Assembly (NCBI GenBank): GCA_964106915.2
Contig: OZ066914.1
Strand: one strand, 5' to 3'
Length of the DNA: 64,000 bases
Source of the DNA: Podarcis gaigeae
Lineage: Eukaryota
Below the pieces are notes generated by a model. It saw nothing but the letters and a program-made list of their open reading frames with translations. It was not told where the DNA came from and did no database searches. Numbering within the stretch: position 1 is the stretch's first letter; every line of letters starts with the position of its first letter. A program made the translations under genes and the position numbers. Below are positions 54,301 through 64,000 of this stretch, piece by piece.

Positions 54301-55014
54301 CCGAGGTGTGTGCTAGCGCAAGTTATTTCACAGCAACATGAAATAGTTTCCAAGGTATTTTCCTACTATGGTACTCAAATCATTTGGCTATGCTAGCAGA
54401 TATCTAAAAATCCAGAGAGCCACTGCCACTCAGTGTGGGCAACATTCAGCTATATGGACCATTGGCTAGATTCAGTACAAGGCAGCCTTTTATGTTTCTA
54501 TGTTCTAATAGTCTAGGTATTTTAATTCTGGAATTTACTTTAATTCTTAGCTGCAAACTTGGTATACTCCTTTGTAATCCCAGATCAACTTGCAAGCACT
54601 CGTGATCTCTGGCTGAAAATACGGCCAGCTTCCTGCCACGCAGGACATTGGACAAAATCTCTAGTGTTGGTTTTTTGGGAGGAAGGGAAGGATCTTGTAT
54701 CCTTTCCCTATTCATCGTTCCACTTGACTTCATATAGGATACAGAAAGTGGCATTTGTGAACTCCTAGCTCCTCAGAGAACATTGTGTTAGGCATACAAA
54801 TGCTAAGAATAAATAATGAGTAGAACAAAAACAACCTCCATCATGCTGAGGGCCTCTTACCCATTCTCTCCATATAATAGGCCCTCAGGACCTTTGTTGG
54901 CCTGAGGGTATTATTCATTCATGGGCAATTACCTAGACCGCATACCAGTTGAGGAAGACCAGAGATAAAATTGGATAAAGCAATGATGTGATTCTTACCT
55001 TATATATTAGTTTA

Positions 55015-55258
55015 NNNNNNNNNNNNNNNNNNNNNNNNNNNNNNNNNNNNNNNNNNNNNNNNNNNNNNNNNNNNNNNNNNNNNNNNNNNNNNNNNNNNNN
55101 NNNNNNNNNNNNNNNNNNNNNNNNNNNNNNNNNNNNNNNNNNNNNNNNNNNNNNNNNNNNNNNNNNNNNNNNNNNNNNNNNNNNNNNNNNNNNNNNNNNN
55201 NNNNNNNNNNNNNNNNNNNNNNNNNNNNNNNNNNNNNNNNNNNNNNNNNNNNNNNNNN
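55015..55258. other. assembly gap (244 N)
   Basis: Run of N. Confidence 1.
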
Positions 55259-56087
55259 AGGAGGGCTGCTGAGGGGTGTGGTCCAAAGGCCAGACGGAGA
55301 GACCTGGAAGATGTCTTCATCTCCTGGTTCTGAGGTTCTCCATCTCTGCCCTCAGGGGCAGCCCATCCAATTTCATCATCCAAAGAGAAATGGAAATTAC
55401 TATCTCCTGCCCCACTTGCTGTGCTAAATCCCACCACCAAACCCACCACCACCATACCCTCCTTACGCTGAACTCAGCAGGTGCCAGGGCATTCCTCAAA
55501 GTATTGTGTTCCTCAAAGGAATGTCACATGCCAGAATGCCTCCCTTGTGGTGAACAAAGCAGTGAGGTGGATGCCACTTCTTGTACCTCTGCTGCCTGAG
55601 TCAGGTGCTTCACACCGCCTCATGGGTGGACCAGCACTGCCTGCCTTACAAGGACACTCCAAAACTACAGGGAACCATATGCCTTCTGTGGCCATAGATC
55701 TGTTAAACAAACTTGCACAGCCAGTAGATAACACATTAGTCTAGGCTTTGACAGTCAAGGATGGAGGCCACAGACACACAGTACTTACTCATGGAAGGTT
55801 AGCTTCATGTGACCAGCGGAGCTCACATGAGGTCTCCTACTGCTTAACATTTAGCAGCCAAGAATTGGAAAGGTAAATTTGTACAATCTGTGACTCATAT
55901 ATGGAGATGGTCTCCTAATTTAGACTGTCTTGCAAATGTCCTAGAATCTCAAGGAAATGGCTAGGTTTAGTTCCAAGCCAATCTGAGGCATGTCACAGGC
56001 CTGTCAGTTATCTTTGAGAAGAATACAATAGAAATCAGATTTTCATTTCATGAAACAAATTCAATAGGCAATCCTGAGCAGTCCATA

Positions 56088-56330
56088 CAATGGTACCTCT
56101 GGTTATGAACTTAATACGTTCCGGAGGTCTGTTCTTAACCTGAAACCGTTCTTAACCTAAGGTACCACTTTAGCTAATGGAGGCCTCCTGCTGCCACCGC
56201 ATCACCGCCACGCGATTTCTGTTATCATTCTGAGGTAAAGTTCTTAACCTGAGGTACTACTTCCGGGTTAGTGGAGTCTGTAACCCGAAGTATTTATAAC
56301 CCGAGGTGTTTGTAACCTGAGGTACCACTG
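56088..56330 (+). mobile_element. MITE family A, copy 5 (divergent variant)
   Basis: TA|CAATGGTACCTCTGGTTA ... TAACCTGAGGTACCACTG|TA. Same layout as the others, with GAGGT in place of GAAGC in several internal repeats. Confidence 0.88.
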
Positions 56331-58339
56331 TATAATAAAGATAAGAGAAACCTCCTGTACCAAAATAATTTCACAGTGTTTGCTTTACACCACAGAACTC
56401 TTAATGTTAGAGAATATGAATAGCCTGAACATTTTAAGGTGTTGAAGCACTTAAGATCTGAACTTTATTGTTGTTTGCATCAAGCTCCATTAACTCCTCT
56501 CCATGGGATATCTCAGCATGTTATGCTAGTGATCTGTTACACAGTGTGTGGTTGAAATAAACAATGAATATAAGTGTGGAAGTGCTCTTGGATGTTTCTT
56601 CTTTCAATAAATTGTTTTGGCAGAGTTTGAAAAACTTCAGAACAATCCCTGTTTTTCACAGGACCCAAAACATGGTAAAACTATTATTCTGTTGTCTGTG
56701 AAGCAAAAGAGGAGAGGGAAAAAGTGCCAGGATTTAATCACTCTTCTATTTTATGCTACAGTAAAGTTCTATACTTAAGATACTTCCAAGCTTTTTCTAT
56801 GAGGCTGAGGGTATCATTGTGAAAGCCACAATGGATCTTGATTTGTGAAAATGTCGGGGGAAAGAACAGACAACCCATGATTTGGCCACCCATATGGGAT
56901 TCCACAGCCAACTACAGATGAGACAACTATACACATTCAATGGAATGCAATACTGAAACTACCTCCCTAAAACTTGGTGTGTACATCAGACACAGCATGG
57001 GGGAGGTGCACTTTAGGAGCCAGCAATCATATAGGTAGGGCCTAGTCCAGGCTACAACCCAACTACTGAAGGAGGTGGGTGGGGTGGGTGTAGGATATTT
57101 AATGAAGATTATTTCCCTGAGTCTCAGTTCTTAGAACGAACTAGTTCAGTTAAACATAAACAACAATATCTGAACTACACCCTGACCAACTAAAGATGAA
57201 TTAGGTTCATTTGGGGGTAGAGCTTCAATAATTTCAAGTTTATTTTCACATCTGGCCTGAAGGAAGTTGCAGAAGTGATGGTAGCTCGCTATTGCTCGTT
57301 TGCAAAGCACTTTGAAGGTAAAATTGCTTGCATTCACTGGAAGATTGACTCCACTGTTACAGCAGATGATCTCAAGGGTGTCCAGACCACTGTCTAGTGC
57401 TGGTGTACTGGATGTGTTTGGGTCAGGGAGGTGATTGATGGCTCCCTGCAAGATAGGGTGGTCGCTGCCTGCAGGAGGCAGTGGTAAGACCACTCCTTAA
57501 GAAGTTATCTCTTTTCATGGGATGCTTTCCCTAGAGAGGCTTGCCTGGTGCCTTCATTACATATATTTAGGTGCCAGACAAACAACATAATGAGGCAGAT
57601 ATATAGGTACTGCTGTTAGTAAGACTGATTAGTCCCTTAATCACTGTTGCTATGCAATTTAAGGGAAGAAATCTGAAGCATTTCGTGTATCTTTCCTGCT
57701 GAAGATATTTGCACTCTTCCAACAGGAGCAGATTGCAGTAAGAAGTACAGATAAAGGAACAAAATGAATTATGCCCTGTGTCTAACAGCTGTGTGGCTGG
57801 CACATATTAAATTGGGTAAGTTCTTTTCCAGTTCTCTTGGCATTCTTTCTGTCAGAAATTTTATTACTTGTGTGTGGCCCCTAATTTACTTTTGCCCCTA
57901 CACTTCAGCACAGCAGCTTGTAACATTCTCAATGCTATATTTAATTTTGGTGTGTTTTTCCCCCTTTTCGCTATGGATGATCTTTTTTGTGAACTAAAAT
58001 GTTCATCTGGATGAACATGTACTGAGCTAGTTTCTTTTAGGGAAACTTGAACTGCATCTAGTTCCTTTGGGAAAATGAATGTTTAATGAATTCCTATTTT
58101 AAAAAACCACCTAATTTTCGAAGCATTTTTGTATCTATAGGTCTGTTGTCCAGATCCTATGAGTGAGATTCACCTAATGAACCACAGCAGTAGAAGCCCT
58201 TGCCCTTGGGCCTTTCCAATCTTTCTTCCCCACCTTCCAAAATTGGCTCGGGGGGTGTCAGGGAGATGGCTTCAACTAGCAAGCTAATATGCTTGTGCAG
58301 ATGAAATTGTTGTAATACCGCAATGTTGAATTCTACCCT

Positions 58340-59090
58340 GCAGGCAGCAGTAAGTTGAATACTCTGACACAGCTTAAGCCAGTAGTCGCTGGCACATTGT
58401 CTGGCAATCTGCTGAGCGTTGCTCATTGCCTTTCTCAGTGCAACAAGTGTCTTCTCACAGGACACACATTTGTAGTTTGCAGGCGCCTAGCACCATGCAG
58501 TGGCAACAGGTTCAATGTCTTTAATGCCAGTCAGGGATCTGCTGCTCTCTTTTGCTGAAAAAGGGCATAGCTGTATTATAGGTTGCCTCTTTGATGTACT
58601 TCCAGCTGATTTTGACACTGTCTCTAGGGCACTTCAGTAGTGCTGGTTTGATGGAATCAGAGGAGCATTCACAAAGTTCAAGTATGACTGCTCTGGAAGT
58701 GTTGATTCGAGGCCACACTTTCTGCTTTGTGCTATAGGCCATCTTTGGCTGGAGAAGGATCTTGCTCACCACCAGGGAGTGATCCATGTCACAATCAGCA
58801 CTGTGATAGCATATGTGACATGAACACAGTTCAATGCCAATTGCCTCGGAACAATCAAGTCCAGCTGGTGCCAGTGGCCTAACCCTGGATATCTCCAGGA
58901 CACTTGCCATTTTGCCTTGGCAGAGAAGAATGTGTTTGTGATGCAAAGGCTGTGAAATGAGCACAACTCAAGCAGACTTTGTCCATTCTCATTCACGCTG
59001 CCAATACCAAAGTGCCCTGTGCAGTTGTCCCATGTGTGATGATTGTCCCTAACTCTGGCATTGAAATCTCCCATCCAGAATAGGTGTTTG
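58340..59090 (-). pseudogene. RTE-clade LINE ORF fragment (APE endonuclease C-terminal half plus linker), frameshifted
   Basis: Across three frames: MGDFNARV...GHFGIGSVNENGQSLLELCSFHSLCITNTFF...VSWRYP..GHWHQLDLI; YHSADCDMDHSLVVSKILLQPK; KTLVALRKAMSNAQQIARQCASDYWLKLCQSIQL. Confidence 0.92.
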
Positions 59091-60819
59091 CAGGCCAGAG
59101 GTTTATTCCATAAACAATGTGATCTGCACCTGTCCATAAGGTGTTGTGGATGTGTACTGAAAGCATATAAGTGACACTTGAAATATAAACAACACTTGAA
59201 ATGACTGATCAATCCAATAAAGATCTACTGTGGTTTCCCTGCTATGCTCTGCCCTGTGTAATCCATTATATCATCATTACTGCTTTAAAAGGCCACCTAC
59301 TTCCTTAAAATCTATCATCCCTCAATGTAGTGTATCAGAGAGAGAAAGGAAAGGGCAGACACAGCCTTGGGAAACAATCATGTTACAATACCATGAGTAG
59401 CATCTCCTACGTAACTTGAACAAATAAAGTAACTATTATCCATAAAATTTACTTCTCTGACTTGAATTTTAGCCAGGATATGCACTCTTCCATAGATTTC
59501 CAATTTGGGCTTGAAGGGAGCCAATGCACCTTTGCTTGAAAATCATTAGACAATATCCTTCCTTCTATCAGCTTAGGTTAAAGTGTATATCAAATTATAC
59601 ACTTACAAATTAAGGTAAAATGCTTGTTCTTCAGAGATGAAATATATACTTTAAACCCTCAAAACGTGTTATTATACTTCAGTTAGACACTTACAATAAT
59701 TAATGTAGCTGGTACCCAGTCTATCTTGCCTGCGAACTTTATTTCTGACCTTTTTTGAGACTTATAATTTCAGTCTACTAACAACTGTTGATGCTGTTGC
59801 TACTCCTGCTGAGTTTACTCATTAAGGAAGAATATTGCCAACAGTTTGTTTGATTGTGTTCACCTTTGATGGTCAGGGGGATTTACTATGACTAAATTAT
59901 AATGAGCAAATAACACTATTTTCCATCCTTGTATGAGTGCATATTATGTTTGATGCAAGATATAAAATCTCCACTTATACAAGCCCTGTTAATTTTAATT
60001 CTTTTATCACTTATTTTATTGCTTTATTTAAAGGCATTTATATGCCACTTAATATTTCAAAAATCTCTAAGTAGTTATTATACCCCCAAATCCTGTTGTA
60101 AACATGGTCCTTTCTAAGTAATGAGTGGGGTTGTTACATGAAGCCAGTGGAACTTATGTCACAAACAGTTTAGCTGTGGGAATTCCAACAGGAAAAGAAG
60201 GGTGTGTACAAAATTTTGCAGCAGGCTTGAGGAACTAATGTTTTAGAATCTAGACATTGATACATGCTGCCAACCTACACCATCACTGCTCAACCATATT
60301 TGTACTTGAAGCAAAATAACCCCTATGGTTAGAGTGTTACATGACTGGGGTGCCATCACGCACATAAAAACCTTTTATTTGGCAGTCATTCAGCTCACCA
60401 TGGATGACAGTGGTGTCATTAGAAAGCCCTCCAGTGAAGTGGTATGGCTAGGTAAAGATGTAGGCAGGTGGTACTTCAAGTACTCTGGTCATTCACTTAA
60501 TAGTCCAGAACAGACTGGTAAAGTGCAGCTAGCATAGTATAGGCACTAACTGCTGTTTCTCAACAGTCTTCAAATGTAGTTTCACACATCCCATGGTTAT
60601 CTAATCTGGAGACTACTAGAGTATGGATAATTTACAAAATGATATATATTACTATTATCTCTTAATGCAATAAGAACATTAAATAAATACAAAAGTTATT
60701 TTAGACTGTTGTATCAAATTAAAGAATGCTACTAACCAAAGTACACATAGAAAGGAATGTTAGCAAAGCTATACAGTTGTTTTTCTTCTTTAAATGCAAA
60801 AATTATCAAGTTTGTTTAG

Positions 60820-61201
60820 CAGAGGCGTACATATGGGTCAGTGAAACCTGTGCACGCCCAGGTTGTGGGTTTGTGCAAAATTCACCTATCAGACTATAGA
60901 CTACTGAATATATGACATATATGAGAGTGCCGATGCACCACTGCTATTGCCGTGAGATCAAACATGGGAGAGAAGCTTTCTGTCCTTCTTGCACTGTGAC
61001 ACAAAGGCATGTGGTGGTGGTGGTGGTTGCCCTCCTAGCCTCGTCCTCGCTCATCCTTGCCTTGTCCTCACTCAAGATGCTTTGATGACTTGGGTCACAT
61101 AAAACAGAGTAATTGCTAAGGTGGCTATTGTGGAATTGTGATTTTTTTTGTGGAGAAGGGGCTCTTTGCTGGGGGTGCCAGGGCCTCTAGGTACACCTCT
61201 G
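60820..61201. mobile_element. hAT-like non-autonomous element
   Basis: CAGAGGCGTACATA ... TAGGTACACCTCTG terminal inverted repeats. Flanks ttgtttag / ctatttag match at 6/8. Confidence 0.7.
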
Positions 61202-63642
61202 CTATTTAGTACCCCATGGTGCTTCTGTATAGGCTGTCAGTAAGATTAAAATTCAGAATACTGTGATTCAATATTTTTTTAAGATTAAGTGTTCACTTGC
61301 AGCTAAATTCATCAATACTAATGGCATATTGTTTAAATATTTAATGCATAAGACATAGTACACACCACATTCTCTGCAGCAAGCTACTGCAGATTTTCAA
61401 CCACAACACAGTATTTATTGACATATTTAATTTAAAAATGCATTTTCTAAAAAAATTGGATTTGCTAAAAATGTTTCGTACATTAAAATGGAAAGGTATG
61501 CTGTTGTTTGTGAGGGCAATTTTCCAGGATTGCCTGGCTTTGTGCCTGTAGATAAAGGGAAACTGTTTGTAGGTGTCGTTAAAATGAGCTCTGATGAAAA
61601 GGATTTTGTAGAACACTTTAGCACGCACAGTGGTGTCACTGAGTCCTACCAAAAGCAGCTCCCCTGACTCTCAACATGGTGCTCTTGAAAATCAAGAGGA
61701 TTAAGGAGTGACTTCAGATTCCCAATGGATATTACAGTTCTAATTATATCATGTAATGGCTTTCAAACACACTGTGTAAAATCATTTTTCAGAGTCCAAA
61801 TGACAATGTAGATATCCTGTGTAAATTACTGATTTATTCATCAGCAGACTTTGTTCATCTGACCTTCCAGAGTGTGGTATGTATGCATGAGCCAAGCTCA
61901 CCAAACCTAACTCAGTATGATCCATCAGTAAAAGACTACTAAAACCCTATAGAACAGCTATAGAAACCAACTCCACTGTATCCAAAACGTCGAGAAAGTA
62001 TACAAATGCAAAACAGAGCAGGGCTAAAAGGTAATTCCCACAGAAAATACCAATATATTTTCTGAGTGTTAAGAAATACCATTTAGTTTGTACAGTATTT
62101 GAAATACATTTTAATACCCAAATTTTCAGTACTACCCACCTATGAAACACAACAAAATATTCAGTAGAATTATTAGTACAATTTTGACACTGAATGTGTT
62201 ATTTGAATATCAGGCCTAACATACACCATTTTGTTATTTTTTTGCTTAGTTAGCCAAACAGCAAGAGGTTCTACTGCATTCTATATGCACTATAGCAGGG
62301 GTTCGAATTTTGATTCTCAAGTGTTACTATTCTCTTATGCTAATATAATAGCAAATTTGAAACATTCAAGATGGACTTAGTTCTAGCAATAACTTGCAGC
62401 TTTACTCTGCATCTTACAGCCACTTACCTGGAAGTAAATGTCACTGAACTTAATGGGACTTAATTCTTGTAAACATTTATAGGATGGCATTCCATCAGCA
62501 TTTCAAAAAAGGCACTTATCATAAAGTTTTGGTAGTATACATATTTATTGAACTGGCTAGTGGCTGATAAATTATTATTTAATTGATTTACAGTACTGAT
62601 TACACTAATAATGTTATTCTCTCCTGAATTATTCTATCATCCCTGGAAACCTGATATTGACCAAACCGTCTGCACAACTGAAAGAAACAGGTCATGTCAA
62701 AGGACATGGGTTTCAAAACAAGGACAGAGCTTCAGATAATCTCTGTGGTATCCATGGAGATGGAATGTCCAATATCGAAATCATTGTTCAACTTATTGTT
62801 TCCCCAGGGGAGAGACATACAGCATCTGTAAGCATTTGTGCTTTAGCTTACAGAACCAAGAGGAAAACAACACTGGAGAAACCATGAATCAATTAGTAGT
62901 TTTAGGAAGTCAGCCATTGTAATTGCGTACTTCACATTTCTGTTTCTTGGTAAGTGTGGCCACTATATAACTAATTGGTACTTCACAAAATATGACACCA
63001 GTCTTCACTTCTCTTTCATTGGAAAGTCAAGCAAGAAATAGCTCACTTATGCTAATATGGATAGTTTGACTAAATAGTAACAACTAGGCCACATGTTGAA
63101 TATGGCAAAGGAACAGGAAACAATTGTCCCTCGAATGGCCGACCCAGTTGGTTAGTTGGTTAGTTCTAAGCATTTATAAATCACTTTCTGGTATACAGCC
63201 TTCCCAAGCAGTTTACAAAACGTCATAGTACCATAACAAATGAGGCAATCCCATCTCTCCAGTTAACTGATCTAAGCCTGGGCCATTTACCGTGATGTGC
63301 AAATAGTGTACTTATCTTTGGCAATTGTCTCAGAGTCTTAGCTAGAATACTTATAGGCAATGCTATTTTTCTAGAAAAAGAGGTGCCAGAACTCACCATG
63401 AACGCCTCCCTTGTTCCCTTATTTTCTTCATTTTTTCTTGCTGTTAAAAATGGGATTCAGAAACCCTTGCTGAACTATTGTCAATAGCCATCAGATCTGC
63501 TATTAGATGCTGATCTACCTTTTGTCAACCTCTGGTGTGGGAAAATACAGAAGGATCTCAGCTGAGAATCTTAATACCAGACAAGTTATAAGGCTCTGAG
63601 GTTGGCCTCTTCTGGCATACCTAGTCTTAAGACAGACAGTGT

Positions 63643-63694
63643 ATTTACCTGGGCATTTGCAATATTTGTAATTTACCTGGGCATTTGCAATATT
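63643..63694. repeat. tandem duplication, 28-bp period
   Basis: ATTTACCTGGGCATTTGCAATATT occurs at 63643-63666 and 63671-63694. Confidence 0.9.
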
Positions 63695-64000
63695 GCTGCT
63701 GGCTTTAGTCACACTGTTGCTGTGCAAAACATTTCTTGATAAATGTTTTGCTGCTAGAATGTCTGCAGAGGATAGGCCCAGCCCTACCCCTCAACTACAC
63801 AATAGAATCCAGTTCTGCTAGGATGGGGTAAGAAAATACTCTCCCATTCCTTCCCCACTCCCATTGTAAAGTCTGAAAATTGTTAGATATTTTGAGCTGT
63901 AGATTGGCCACCTTGTACCTAGGTACCTTACATTTTATACCAGCATAGCAGCTTATCTGAAGAGAGAGCTGCTGGCTTGCTATCCATTGCACTTGGATGC

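Noticed and set aside
54933-55455. ORFs of 94-147 aa spanning the N run
   Set aside because: Artefacts of translating through the assembly gap.
57146-57493. 115-aa minus-strand ORF as an alternative exon or nested gene
   Set aside because: No recognisable homology, a non-ATG start, and no convincing splice-site pair.
1-64000. Most ORFs in the six-frame track as independent genes
   Set aside because: They are short (60-150 aa), often start at non-ATG codons, have no recognisable domains, and fall in introns, microsatellites or transposons. Only the LINE-derived ones (40009/40300, 46493, 58157-59212, part of 17557) show real homology.
26241-64000. Additional upstream DPP10 exons
   Set aside because: I found no segment translating to the expected preceding peptide (roughly ..SPDLKYVLLAYDVKQ) with splice sites. 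It probably lies beyond the window, although a search by eye could miss it.
1-64000. Endogenous viral element, NUMT or processed pseudogene
   Set aside because: I recognised no viral, mitochondrial or cellular-mRNA-derived coding motifs. A translated database search would be needed to exclude highly decayed ones.

Overview
This is vertebrate, AT-rich, CpG-depleted genomic DNA, most likely a squamate (lizard), judging from BovB, Squam-type SINE and CR1/L2 repeats. That taxon assignment is an inference. The only host gene I can support is DPP10 (inactive dipeptidyl peptidase 10, an auxiliary subunit of Kv4 channels) on the minus strand. Eight consecutive coding exons lie between 26240 and 1105, with sizes 53, 82, 121, 155, 98, 124, 39 and 108 nt. 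All have GT-AG boundaries and splice into an uninterrupted 780-nt, 260-codon frame in the beta-propeller region. They appear to correspond to human exons 6-13, based on recalled exon sizes. None of these exons appears in the supplied ORF track. Everything from 26241 to 64000 looks like one large upstream intron, with a 244-N assembly gap at 55015-55258. The introns are rich in transposable elements: five copies of one Tc1/mariner(pogo/Tigger)-like MITE, several hAT-like non-autonomous elements with 8-bp TSDs, a BovB 3' fragment, an RTE-clade endonuclease-region fragment, and CR1, L2, L1 and SINE remnants. I found no convincing new biological system. The most notable observations are nested insertions (including a three-layer SINE/hAT/L1 stack), the identical orientation of all five MITE copies, and an endonuclease-only RTE relic.
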